NCBI GenBank assembly: GCA_963749075.1 | Contig: CAVVLJ010000020.1 | Coordinates: 96,001-160,000 of the forward strand | Reading direction: 5' to 3' | From: an uncultured Pseudomonadota bacterium | Lineage (GTDB): Bacteria; Pseudomonadota; Alphaproteobacteria; JACZXZ01 | DNA: 64,000 nt | Shown here: positions 40,781-51,087 of the stretch, piece after piece | Numbering within the stretch: position 1 is the stretch's first letter | Layout: every line of letters starts with the position of its first letter | Made by a program: the position numbers and the translations under genes | The notes under the pieces: model-generated | Database searches by the model: none | Seen by the model: only the letters and a program-made list of their open reading frames with translations | Told to the model about the DNA's origin: nothing

Positions 40781-43457
40781 CTATGTTCCGTCCAATATCC
40801 GCCGCAGCGTCCGCGCCAGCTCGTTCCTGCGATAGGGTTTGGTGATGAGATGCGCGCCGAGAGCCGCGAGCTTGTCGCGCGACACGGTCGGGCTGGCGAA
40901 GCCGGTGGTGAACAGTATCTTGATCCTCGGGTTGCGCTCGCGCAGCTCGCGCCCGAGGGCAGCACCATTGAGCCGGCCGGGCATGACGATGTCGCTGAAG
41001 AGGAGATCGTAGCCGCTGTCGCGCGCGAAGAGCTCGAGTGCTGCGTCGGCGTTGGCGGCGGCGGTCACCTTGTAGCCGAGCTTCCTCAGCATCGCCTCGC
41101 CCATCTTGCGGATCTGCGGGTTGTCCTCGACGTAGAGCACGCGCTCGCTGCCGGTCGGATCGGACGAGCGCGCGTCCTCCTGCGGCTCGGCCGCGTCGCC
41201 GTCGTCGATCGCGCGCGGCAGATAGAGCCGGACGGTGGTCCCCTTGCCCTGCTCGCTGTAGAGCCGCACGGTTCCCCCCGTCTGCTTGGCGTAGCCGAAG
41301 ACCATGCTGAGGCCGAGGCCGGTCCCCGCACCCTGTGCCTTGGTCGTGAAGAACGGCTCGAAGGCGTGCGCCATGACTTCCGGCGTCATTCCGGTGCCGC
41401 TGTCGGTCACCGCGACGACGACGTAGTCTCCGGCATCGAGCTCGTCGTTCTGGCGCGCCTGGTCCTCCTCGACGGTGGCGTTGCGGCAGTCGATCCTCAC
41501 GGTGCCGCCGTAGGGCATGGCGTCGCGCGCGTTGACCGCGAGGTTGAGCACGGCGCTCTCGAGCTGCACCGCGTCGGTCATCACCGGCCACACGTCGCTC
41601 GCGATGCTGCTCTCGATGCGCACCTGCTCGCCGAGCGTGCGCTTGAGGAGCGGCAGGAAATCGTGGATGGCGCTGCGCAAGTCGGTGCGTGCCGGCTTGA
41701 GCGGCTGGCGGCGCGAGAAGGCGAGCAGGCGCTTGACGAGCTCGGCGCCGGCGAGTGCCGCATCGAGGGACGCGCGCGCGAAGCCGGCCGCGGTCTTGTC
41801 GTGCACCAGGCGCTCCTCGAGGAGATCGAGATTGCCGATCACGGCGCCGAGGATGTTGTTGAAGTCGTGCGCGAGACCGCCGGTGAGCTGTCCCACGCTC
41901 TCCATCTTCTGCGCCTGGGTGAGGCGCTCCTCGACGCGTTTGCGCTCGGTCACGTCCTCGAGCTCGAAGATGACGCCGTGGAGCGCGCCGCCGTCGCCGT
42001 AGACCGCGGCACCCGAGAACAGCACGTCGATCATGGTACCGTCCTTGCGCAGGTGGAGCATCTCGATGCCCTGCTGCAGGTCGCCGGCGAGTGCGCGCAT
42101 GAAAAGGCGGTCGAACGCCTCCTGCTCGTCGGGCGGCACGAGCGGATAGGGCCGCCCGATCGTCTCCTCGGCGCTGTAGCCGAAGATGCGCTCGGCGGCG
42201 CGGTTCCAGATGACGATGCGGCGGTTGGGCGCCAGGCAGACGATCGCCATCGGCGAGGCCTCGACGACGCGCTCGAGCATGATGCTGGCGCGCGCCAGCT
42301 CCGTCTCGGCGGTCTCGCACTCCTGCTTGGCGCGCACCAGCGCCTCGCTCGAGCGCGAGAGCTCGCTGTCGCGCGCCGCCGCCTCGCTCTCCGCCTGATG
42401 CCTGCGCCGGCCGTCGGTGAGGAGGTAGGCGACGAGAAGGAGGGTGAGCAGCAGGCCTGCCGCCGGAAGCGCCAGCGTGAGGGGGGAGTGCAGCCCGGCC
42501 ACGCTCGCGGCGGGGAATTCGAGCGTGAGCGTCCACGGCTGGCCGAACTCCCGGAAGGACTTGACGACGATCTCGCTGTTCGCGGCCGCGGCCGCGGCGT
42601 CGCTCGAGCCCGCGACGAAGCGCCTGAGCGAGGGGAGATAGAGGACGACGGGCGGCTCGTTCATGGACGGTGCTGCGTGCCGGCCCATGTAGACGCGCAG
42701 CGTGTCGTCCGCGAGCGGCGCATCGGCGGTCGCGGCATCGAGGGACGAGGCAAAGCGCAGCGAGGCCGCGACGAAGCCGGCCAATCTGGCGCGGCGCTCG
42801 CCCACGCTCGTCGGCGTGATGCCGCCCCGGTAGACCGGCAGGAAGACGACGTAGCTCGGCTGGGGATCGCTGCGCGAGCCGAGCATCAGGGGCTCGCTGC
42901 TCACCGCCTCGCCGGCGTTCGGCCGCCTGCATCATGGCGTCGCGGCGCGCCGGATCGGATGCGGCGTCGAGCCCGCGCTCGCTCACCGTGCCGTCGAAGG
43001 CGGCGTCGTAGAGCACGGGGAAATACTCGGAGCGCTCGTCGGCCGGCACGAGGTCGTCGCCCTTGCGCTCGACGACGCGGAAATCGGCGGCGCCCGCCGC
43101 GCGCTGAGCCGCCTCGAACTTCGCCAGCTCCTCGCGCGGCACGCGCGGCAGCCAGGCGAGCCGGTTGATCGGCGGATCCTCCTGGCGGGCGCGCAGGGCA
43201 AAGCGCTGGAAGTCGTCGCGCGCGATGTCGTGCCGGTTGTCGAGGAGGACGGCAAGCTGGTCGAGCGGCTTCACCAGGCTGCCGATGCGCTGCTGGATGT
43301 CGCGCGCGCGCAAATCCGCGCGCAGATCGAGCACCGTCCGCACGCGGCCGTCGTCGGCGCGGCGCAGCTGGTCGAAGGCGAGCCCCGACAACAGAATGCC
43401 GAGCGCCGCAATGATCCAGGGCGCGCCCCTCAGCGACAGAATCCTCGCCCGCCGCAA
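40781..43457 (-). CDS. CHASE-PAS hybrid histidine kinase, frameshifted near 42915
   Basis: The N-terminal TM and first half of CHASE are in one frame. The rest of [19 protein letters not shown], HATPase and REC are in another. Removing one base at about 42915 joins them. Confidence 0.88.
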
Positions 43458-43788
43458 AATCTGCCCCCTTTGCTCAAGCCGAGCCGGGTTTTGTTGGCCG
43501 CACTCGGCGCATTGTAGAGGAGATTACGGCTTTATCAACAATAACAAGTAGTTCTACCTGAAAATTGAGACTCCTCATGAGCCGAGTCCCAACCTCGTCC
43601 GGGCGGCCCCGCCCGGGCGCCCGAGTCGCGGGGCGGTTGGCGGCCAATTCCGGCGCTCCGGCAGGCAAATGCCGTCCGGGAAGGCGGCCCAAGCAGTGCC
43701 CCGGCCGGCGTTCGGCGCGCCGATCCGGCGGCGGGCCGCGACTCGGGGGCGGCCGGCCGCTCGCGACTCGGGCGGCTCCGGCGGCGCC

Positions 43789-44298
43789 TCAGGCTTCCGG
43801 ATAGGCGATCGTGGTGATGGTGAGTGCCGTCTCGCCGGCCGGCCGCCGCCAGGTCACCGTGTCGCCCGCGCGATGGCCGAGGAGAGCTTCGGCGAGCGGC
43901 GACTTGACGTTGATGAGGCCGCGCTTGGGATCGGCCTCGGTCGAGCCCACCAGCGTATAGCTCTGCGCGTTGCCGTCCTCGTCCTCGACGGTGACGCGGG
44001 CGCCGAAGGCAACGGTATCGGCATGCCCGCCGTGCTGCTGAGGGGCTACGACCACGGCGGCGCTGCGCCGCAGCTCGAGGATGCGCATCGTGCGCATGGC
44101 ACGCGCGAGGGCCAGCTTGTCCTCGGGCGAGGTGGCGCCGCGCAGCCGCGTGACCTCGGCGTGGGCGCCCGCGAGCGCTACCTTGAGGCGCTCGAAGCCG
44201 CCGGGGGTGAGCAGTACCTGACCCTCGATCTGGGGCAGGTTGAGCTCCTCGTCGGTCAGCTTGTCCTCGTCATCCTCTTTAACGAAGGCGCGGCTCAC
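43789..44298 (-). CDS. GreA/GreB family elongation factor
   Basis: MSRAFVKE...LTPGG...VAFGARVT...LVGSTEAD...SPLAEALLG. Confidence 0.88.
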   Translation of the reverse strand: MSRAFVKEDDEDKLTDEELNLPQIEGQVLLTPGGFERLKVALAGAHAEVTRLRGATSPEDKLALARAMRTMRILELRRSAAVVVAPQQHGGHADTVAFGARVTVEDEDGNAQSYTLVGSTEADPKRGLINVKSPLAEALLGHRAGDTVTWRRPAGETALTITTIAYPEA

Positions 44299-44406
44299 GG
44301 CACCCCTCCCTCCCGAGGCAGGCTGCCGCCGGGGCAGCCTCGGCTTCGGCCCTAGCTTCCACCCGCGGTGGTGGCGGCGTCAACGGCGCTAAACCTGCGG
44401 TACGGG

Positions 44407-44463
44407 TGCGGCCCAGGGACTGTGGCCCAGGGATTGCGGCCCAGAGACTGCGGCCCTAGGGAC
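44407..44463. repeat. 14-bp imperfect tandem repeat x4 (TGCGGCCCAGGGAC)
   Basis: Units begin at 44407, 44421, 44435 and 44449 in a divergent intergenic region. Confidence 0.85.
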
Positions 44464-44559
44464 CGCGAACCCGGCCGCGGCTTCCGGCGTCCGGGGCATT
44501 CATGGTAGCGTCCACGCCACGCGAGCTCGCTGCCGCGGCGGGGCTAAGGAGGATCACGG

Positions 44560-46290
44560 GTGAGGGGCACGGAGCGCACGGCGCCGACGGCGGCGGAGGC
44601 CTATGTGCGCGGCCTCGCCGAGCGCGGCATCGATTATCTCTTCGCCAATGCGGGCACCGATTTTCCGCCCATCATCGAGGCGCTGCAGCGCGCCGCCGAG
44701 GAGGCGACGCCGACGCCCAAGGCGCTCGCCATCCCGCATGAGAACCTGGCGATCGCCATGGCCTACGGCCATACCATGGTGTCGGGCCGGCCCCAGGCCG
44801 TGATGCTGCATGTCAACGTCGGCACCGCGAACGGCATCTGCGGGCTCCTCAATGCCGCGCGCGAGCGCATCCCGATGCTGGTGTCGGCCGGGCGCACGCC
44901 CTATAGCGAGACGGGGCACCCGGGCTCGCGCAGCCTCTTCATCCATTGGGCCCAGGAGATGTTCGACCAGGGCGCCATGCTGCGCGAGATCGTCAAGTGG
45001 GACTACGAGCTCAGGCTGCCCGACCAGGTGGCCCCGGCGCTCGACCGCGCGCTGGCGCTTGCCATGAGCGAGCCGCGCGGCCCGGTCTATATGACGCTGC
45101 CGCGCGAGGTGCTCGCCGCCGCGGCGCCGGCGAACGGTGCCGCCGTCCGGCTCTCGGCCGCCACGCGGGCGCCGGCACCTGCCGCCGCCGCCATCGCCGA
45201 GGCGGCGGCCCAGCTCGCGCGCGCCGAGCGGCCGCTCATCATCACCTCGAGCCTCGGCCGCGACACTGCTGCGGTGGCGGCGCTCGCGGCACTCGCCGAT
45301 GCCTGGGCCTTCCCGGTGGTGAGCCACATCGCCAAATCCCTCTGCCTGCCGAGCGACCACCCCATGCATCTCGGCTACGACCCGACGGCCCTCCTCAAGG
45401 AGGCGGACGCCGTGCTCGTCCTCGAGTGCGACGTGCCGTGGATTCCCGATCGCATGGCGCCGCCGGCGCAAGCCAAGGTGATCCATCTCGCGGTCGATCC
45501 CCTCTTCGTCCGCTATCCGATGCGCGGCTTTCCCTGCGACCTCGCGCTCGCCGGCGATCCCGCGAGCGGGCTCCGCATGCTGGGCGAGGCGCTCGCGGGC
45601 GAGGTGCCGCGCATGGCGGGCAGAATAGCAGCCCGCCGCGCGCGCCTGGGCGCCTTGCGCGCGGCAGCGGCAAGCGCCCTCGCGGCACTCCACGAGCGGG
45701 TGCGCCACGAGCGGCCGCTCCATCCCCTCCTCGTCTCGGCAGCGCTCGACCGGGCGAAGGGCGAGGACGCCATCGTGGTCAACGAGCTCGGTGCGGCCAT
45801 CGAGACGATGAGCTTCACGCGGCCCGGCAGCTATTTCGCGGCGAGCCCCGCGGGCGGGCTCGGCTGGGGCCTGGGGGCGGCACTCGGCGCCAAGCTCGCG
45901 GCACCCGAGCGCCTGGTCATCGCCACCATCGGCGACGGCTCCTACATGTTCGGCAATCCGACGCCGGCCCATTACGTGGCGCGCGCCTACGATCTCCCCG
46001 TGCTCTTCGTCGTCTTCAACAACGCGGGCTGGGCGGCGGTGCGCAAGGCGACCGAGGCAATGTATCCGGACGGGCTGAGCCGCCGCGCCAACCGCATGCC
46101 GCTCGCCACCCTCGAGCCCTCGCCCGCCTTCGAGAAGGTGATCGCGGCCTCGGACGGCTACGGCGAGCGCGTCGAGACGGCAGACGAGCTGGCACCCGCC
46201 TTTGCGCGGGCGCTCCACGCCGTCACGGTCGAGAAGCGCCAGGCCCTCCTCAACGTGATCTGCGGCATTCCCGCCGTGCGCCATTTCTGA
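44560..46290 (+). CDS. Thiamine pyrophosphate-requiring enzyme (acetolactate synthase-like family)
   Basis: FANAGTDF, PHE, HVNVGTAN and GDGSYMFG...NNAGW. Confidence 0.92.
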   Translation: MRGTERTAPTAAEAYVRGLAERGIDYLFANAGTDFPPIIEALQRAAEEATPTPKALAIPHENLAIAMAYGHTMVSGRPQAVMLHVNVGTANGICGLLNAARERIPMLVSAGRTPYSETGHPGSRSLFIHWAQEMFDQGAMLREIVKWDYELRLPDQVAPALDRALALAMSEPRGPVYMTLPREVLAAAAPANGAAVRLSAATRAPAPAAAAIAEAAAQLARAERPLIITSSLGRDTAAVAALAALADAWAFPVVSHIAKSLCLPSDHPMHLGYDPTALLKEADAVLVLECDVPWIPDRMAPPAQAKVIHLAVDPLFVRYPMRGFPCDLALAGDPASGLRMLGEALAGEVPRMAGRIAARRARLGALRAAAASALAALHERVRHERPLHPLLVSAALDRAKGEDAIVVNELGAAIETMSFTRPGSYFAASPAGGLGWGLGAALGAKLAAPERLVIATIGDGSYMFGNPTPAHYVARAYDLPVLFVVFNNAGWAAVRKATEAMYPDGLSRRANRMPLATLEPSPAFEKVIAASDGYGERVETADELAPAFARALHAVTVEKRQALLNVICGIPAVRHF

Positions 46291-46342
46291 GGCACCGCCC
46301 TTTTCCGGGCAAGCTATTGGCGCAGCACGCGTTTCTGAGCCA

Positions 46343-46370
46343 CTTGATCGCCCTTCCAGGCGTTCTAAAT
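46343..46370 (+). promoter_or_regulatory. Probable RpoH promoter CTTGAT-N15-TCTAAAT
   Basis: Resembles the alphaproteobacterial sigma32 consensus and sits upstream of the sHSP gene. Confidence 0.5.
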
Positions 46371-46379
46371 AATCATTCG

Positions 46380-46469
46380 TGGCAGTGCCCGCCGGGGCTG
46401 CCGCAGGACCGGGTGCCGGAAACGGACCCAAGCGGGCGACTCGCTCGTCAAAGAGGAGGTTGCTGGATG
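46380..46469 (+). ncRNA. ROSE-like RNA thermometer in the sHSP leader
   Basis: CTCGCTC-GTCAAA-GAGGAG hairpin pairs the U(U/C)GCU motif with the Shine-Dalgarno. Further GC hairpins lie upstream. Confidence 0.65.
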
Positions 46470-46958
46470 TCGCGGCTCACGCTCTTCAACAGTCCGCTTA
46501 TGCTCGGCTTCGATCACTTCGAGCAGGCGCTCGAGCGGGTCTCCAAGGCGGCCGCCGACGGCTATCCGCCGTACAACATCGAGCAGACCGGCGACGACGG
46601 GCTCAGGATCACGCTCGCGGTCGCGGGCTTCGCCGAGTGCGAGCTCGCCATCCAGCTCGAGGACAACCAGCTCGTCATCCGCGGCAAGCAGAGCGAGGAG
46701 GAGGGCGAGCGCGTCTACCTCCACCGCGGCATCGCTGCGCGCCAGTTCCAGCGCAGCTTCGTCCTCGCCGACGGCATCGAGGTGGTACGCGCCCATCTCG
46801 AGAGCGGCCTCCTCCACGTCGAGCTGCGCCGCCCGCCCGCGGCGTGCCGCGTGCGCCAGATCAAGATCGAGGCGGGCAAGATCGAGGCGGCGGCCAAGCG
46901 CGCCGCGCGAAACAAGGCGGAAGCGATCGAGCTCGTGCCCGCCAAGAGCGAGTCCTAG
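46467..46958 (+). CDS. ibpA: Small heat-shock protein (Hsp20, IbpA-like)
   Basis: LGFD, GYPPYNIE, LAVAGF and YLHRGIAARQFQRSFVLADG. Confidence 0.93.
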   Translation: MSRLTLFNSPLMLGFDHFEQALERVSKAAADGYPPYNIEQTGDDGLRITLAVAGFAECELAIQLEDNQLVIRGKQSEEEGERVYLHRGIAARQFQRSFVLADGIEVVRAHLESGLLHVELRRPPAACRVRQIKIEAGKIEAAAKRAARNKAEAIELVPAKSES

Positions 46959-47003
46959 GAGAGCCGGCCTAAGGAGGCGGCCTTCGGGACGGAAGGAGCA
47001 AGT

Positions 47004-47225
47004 GTGATGTCCGATGCGTTCGTCAATCCCCGCACGATCACGCCCCAGGAGCTCTATGTCCTGGGCGTGCAGCACCTCGCCTATGTCAAGCAGGTCTCCG
47101 AGGACGGTATGGAGGGCTACGCCGCCTTTGCCGCCGACGGCACCAAGCTCGGCGTCATGGCCTCGCGCGAGCTCGCCTTCGCCGCCCTGCGCCAGCACGA
47201 CCTCGAGCCCGTGAGCGTGCACTGA
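47004..47225 (+). CDS. DUF1150 family protein
   Basis: LAYVK...AADG..L.V...RELAFAA.RQHDLEPVSVH, in its usual position after Hsp20. Confidence 0.88.
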   Translation: MMSDAFVNPRTITPQELYVLGVQHLAYVKQVSEDGMEGYAAFAADGTKLGVMASRELAFAALRQHDLEPVSVH

Positions 47226-47231
47226 GGAGAT

Positions 47232-47265
47232 CCCTCTCCTCCTTCAGGAGGAGGGCAGGGTGAGG
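47232..47265 (+). repeat. REP-like palindromic element (left)
   Basis: CCCTCTCCTCCTTCAGGAGGAGGGCAGGGTGAGG. Confidence 0.6.
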
Positions 47266-47397
47266 AGGCCCTCGCTCCAAAAACCGGCCAGCTGGAGAGG
47301 GGCCTACGCCGCGCGGCTCTCATCTCCCCGTTGCAATCGCGGGCGCGCGAGCGCACCTTGAACGCGCGTCTCGGCCGTGCGTCAGGGGGAGCGGGGA

Positions 47398-50300
47398 GTG
47401 GCCTCGGCCTTCGCGACCTACCTTGAGGAGATGGGCGCCATCAGGCGCCACGGCGCCTCGCCCGAGACCTCCTACTACACGCCGCTCCAGAACCTCATCA
47501 ACGAGCTCGGCCGGCAGCTCAAGCCCAAAGTGCTCTGCGTCGGGCAAATCCCCGGTGCCGGCGCCGGGACGCCCGACTTCGGTCTCTACACGCTCTCCCA
47601 GCTCGGCCGTGGCAAGCCGCACGGCCGCGATCTCAGCCCCACGCTGCCGCCCGACCGCGGCGTCATCGAGGCGAAGCCGCCCGAGCGCGATTTCGACGGC
47701 ATCGTGCGGAGCGAGCAGGTGCGGCGCTATTGGGAGCGCTACGGCCTCGTGCTCGTCACCAACTACCGGTGCTTCCTTCTCGTCGGCCGCGACGAGGCCG
47801 GGCGCGACGTCGAGCTCGAGCACATCGAGGTGGCGCCCGACGCCGAGGCCTTCTGGGAGCTTTGCGCCCATCCCGGCCGCGCGCGCAAGGACATCGCACG
47901 GCGCGTCGAGGAGTTCGTCCGCCGCGTACTGCTCCATCGCGCCGTGCTGACGCAGCCCAAGGACGTGGCGTGGTTTCTCGCGTCCTATGCGCGCGACGCG
48001 CTGGCGCGCGTTGAGGCGGAGCCCGATCTCCCGGCTTTCCTCCAGCTCAAGGAGGCGCTCGAGGAGGCGCTCGGCATGGCCTTCGACGACAAGCGGGGCG
48101 CCCACTTCTTCCACTCGACGCTCGTCCAGACGCTTTTCTACGGCGTGTTCTCGGCCTGGATCCTGTGGTGCAAGACGGACGCGGACCCCGCCAAGCGCCA
48201 GCCCTTCAACGACAGGACCGCCGCCTGGCACCTCCGTCTCCCGGTGCTGCAGCAGCTCTTCCACGCCGTCAACGATCCGTTTCTCTTGGGCCGGCTCAAG
48301 CTCCAGGAGCTCGTCGAATGGGCCGCGATGACCTTGCGGCGCGTCGACGAGAAGGCGTTCTTCGCGCGCTTCCAGGACGAGCACGCGGTGCAATACTTCT
48401 ACGAACCCTTCCTCGAGGCCTTCGACAGCGAGCTCCGCAAGAGCCTCGGTGTCTGGTACACGCCGCCCGAAGTCGTCGACTATATGGTCGAGCGGGTGGA
48501 CAGCGTGCTGCGCGAAGAGCTCGCCATCGCCGACGGCCTTGCGGACAACCGCGTCTTCGTGCTCGACCCCTGCTGCGGCACCGGCTCCTATCTCGTCGCG
48601 GTCTTGAGGCGCATCGAACGCACGCTGCGCGCCAAGGGCGAGGATGCCCTCGTGGCGGCGGAGCTCAAGCGCGCCGCGATGGAGCGCGTCTTCGGCTTCG
48701 AACTCCTCCCCGCTCCCTTCGTGGTGGCGCACTTCCAGCTCTCCCTTCTCCTCGAGCAGCTCGGCGCCCCGCTCGGCCGCCACCTCCACCACGGCACCGA
48801 GATGGCCGAGCGCGCCGCGGTTTATCTGACCAACGCGCTCACCGGCTGGGGTCCGCCGCCCGCAGGCGCGCACCAGCTCCATCTCCTGGCGGGCCTCCAG
48901 GAGGAGGCCGATTACGCGCGCGAGGTGAAGCGCGAAAAGCCCATCATCGTCGTGCTCGGCAATCCGCCCTATAACGGGTTTGCCGGGGTCGCCGTCGCGG
49001 AGGAGCGCCAGCTGAGCGCCGTCTACCGGAGCGTCAAGCGCGTGCGACCGCCCGAGGGCCAGGGCCTCAACGACCTCTACGTGCGCTTCTTTCGTATGGC
49101 CGAGCGGCGCATCGTGGAGCAGTCCCAACGCGGCATCGTCTGCTTCATCTCGAACTATTCCTGGCTCGACGGACTCTCCTTCACCGGCATGCGCGAGCGC
49201 TACCTCGAGGTTTTCGATAAGATATGGATCGACAATCTCCATGGTGACCGGATTATCTCGGAGGTTGCACCGGATGGACGCGCAAGTGAAACCGTCTTTG
49301 CGATCGGAGGTAAGTCTCCCGGTATCAAGGTCGGGACCTCGGTCAGTTTGTTCGTTCGCAAAGAACGTGCGTCGCCCGTGGAGGGCATGCTCTATTATCG
49401 CGACCTACACCAATCACACGCTGCCGAGCGACGTGTGGCGCTGTTGAAGTCTGCGCACGAGACTCCGGATAATGCGTACCGGCCGCTTCGACCGGCACCC
49501 GAACTTGGCCTGCCCTTCAAGATACGACACATCGCCGGCTCCTACTTGGAGTGGCCGCATGTGTTTGCACTTTTCCCTGTGTCATTTCCCGGCATCAAGA
49601 CAAGCCGAGACGAAGCCCTCGTGGACATCGATCATTGGCGCCTGATGCGGCGCATGGAGCGTTATTTCGACGACCAAGTCTCCAACGAGAGCATCGCGCA
49701 AGCAGACCCAGGCTTGATGAGAGATACGGGCGCGTTCGACGCTAAAGCCACGCGAGAGATCTTGATAGCTCGCGGCTTTCTCGAGGAGAACGTCGTCCGA
49801 TATTATTACCGCCCTTTCGATGTCCGATGGCTCTATTGGGAGTCCGAAACCAAGCTTCTCGACCGCAATCGCGCCGACTACTTCTCGCAGATACGCGAGG
49901 GTAATCTTTGGCTGAGCGCAGGCAACCGGAACCGCAGGGACGTGTTCTATAGGCCGCAGGTTACGGCGCGGCCAGCCGATCATCACGTCGTCGAATCGAA
50001 CGTCGCGATGTTCCCGCTCTATGAGCGCGGGCACGTGGCGGGGAACGGCCTTTCCCATGGCAAAGCATCGGAGTGGAAGCCGAACGTTCCCTCATCAGTG
50101 CAAGCCGTGCTCGATGGATTCGGGGCCGACGCGTCTGACCTCTTCATGCACGTGATCGCGATCCTACATGCCTCAGCCTACGAGTCCGACAATATAGGTC
50201 CCCTCCGCCAAGATTGGCCACGCATACCGCTGCCGGCGAAGCGCGAGGCGCTCCTCCTCGCCTCGGCGACGCTCGGACGCCAGGTCGCGGCCTTGCTCGA

Positions 50301-50844
50301 TCCCGAGACGCCTGTCGACGGCGTTACGGCCGGCAATCTCAGGGCCGAGCTCGTGCCGATTGGGCTGGTCAGCCATCGCGACAGGGGCAGCCTCGGTGCG
50401 CGCGAGCTCGAGCTCGACGCCGGCTGGGGCCATGCCGGCCAGGGCGGGGTCACCATGCCCGGCCGCGGCATCATCGAGGCGCGCCCCTACATCGCCGAGG
50501 AGCGGCGCGCCATCGCCAAGGGTGCCGAGGCGCTCGGCCTGAGCTTCGAGGAGGCGCTCGCCTGCCTCGGCAGCGAGACCTGCGACGTTTATTTGAACCG
50601 CGTGGCGTACTGGCGCTCCATCCCCCGGCGCGTCTGGGACTACACGCTCGGCGGCTACCAGGTGATCAAGAAGTGGCTCTCCTACCGGGAGCATGCCCTC
50701 CTCGGCCGCGCGCTCACCCTTGACGAGGCCCGCCATGTGACCGCCATGGCTCGGCGCATCGCCGCCCTCCTCCTCCTCGAGCCCAGGCTCGACGCCAACT
50801 ACCGCGCCACGGCGGCGGACGCGTATCCATGGCCGAAGGCGTGA
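47398..50844 (+). CDS. Single-chain RM enzyme (N6-adenine MTase, N-terminal PD-(D/E)XK domain, type ISP-like C-terminal specificity region, no helicase)
   Basis: GTPDF...GVIEAK, YFYEPFL, GVWYTP, LDPCCGTG, GNPPY, DWPRIP and VWDYTLGGYQVIKKWLSYR. Confidence 0.9.
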   Translation: MASAFATYLEEMGAIRRHGASPETSYYTPLQNLINELGRQLKPKVLCVGQIPGAGAGTPDFGLYTLSQLGRGKPHGRDLSPTLPPDRGVIEAKPPERDFDGIVRSEQVRRYWERYGLVLVTNYRCFLLVGRDEAGRDVELEHIEVAPDAEAFWELCAHPGRARKDIARRVEEFVRRVLLHRAVLTQPKDVAWFLASYARDALARVEAEPDLPAFLQLKEALEEALGMAFDDKRGAHFFHSTLVQTLFYGVFSAWILWCKTDADPAKRQPFNDRTAAWHLRLPVLQQLFHAVNDPFLLGRLKLQELVEWAAMTLRRVDEKAFFARFQDEHAVQYFYEPFLEAFDSELRKSLGVWYTPPEVVDYMVERVDSVLREELAIADGLADNRVFVLDPCCGTGSYLVAVLRRIERTLRAKGEDALVAAELKRAAMERVFGFELLPAPFVVAHFQLSLLLEQLGAPLGRHLHHGTEMAERAAVYLTNALTGWGPPPAGAHQLHLLAGLQEEADYAREVKREKPIIVVLGNPPYNGFAGVAVAEERQLSAVYRSVKRVRPPEGQGLNDLYVRFFRMAERRIVEQSQRGIVCFISNYSWLDGLSFTGMRERYLEVFDKIWIDNLHGDRIISEVAPDGRASETVFAIGGKSPGIKVGTSVSLFVRKERASPVEGMLYYRDLHQSHAAERRVALLKSAHETPDNAYRPLRPAPELGLPFKIRHIAGSYLEWPHVFALFPVSFPGIKTSRDEALVDIDHWRLMRRMERYFDDQVSNESIAQADPGLMRDTGAFDAKATREILIARGFLEENVVRYYYRPFDVRWLYWESETKLLDRNRADYFSQIREGNLWLSAGNRNRRDVFYRPQVTARPADHHVVESNVAMFPLYERGHVAGNGLSHGKASEWKPNVPSSVQAVLDGFGADASDLFMHVIAILHASAYESDNIGPLRQDWPRIPLPAKREALLLASATLGRQVAALLDPETPVDGVTAGNLRAELVPIGLVSHRDRGSLGARELELDAGWGHAGQGGVTMPGRGIIEARPYIAEERRAIAKGAEALGLSFEEALACLGSETCDVYLNRVAYWRSIPRRVWDYTLGGYQVIKKWLSYREHALLGRALTLDEARHVTAMARRIAALLLLEPRLDANYRATAADAYPWPKA

Positions 50845-51087
50845 TTGCTCAGAGGATCAGTACTCGATTTGGCGCCGGCCGCACGCTACCTGACTCAAGG
50901 TTCTGATACAGCTGCATTTTTTGATTCTGGCTGATAGCCTCTCTACAGGGCGCCCAATAGCCTTTTTACAGCGCCACGCGAATGCCTCGCCGGACGGTTG
51001 CTCGCGGTATCAACACAGTCGCTTTGGGCCCGGGCGAGCCGCGCCTGAGCCGGCGCGACCCTCAATCGGAAGGCGTCGGTGCCATTG

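Noticed and set aside
39552-43457. 1301-aa CHASE-to-EAL fusion protein from the ORF track
   Set aside because: The middle is out-of-frame low-complexity translation. It is a frameshifted kinase 5' end that happens to be in frame with the separate REC-EAL gene.
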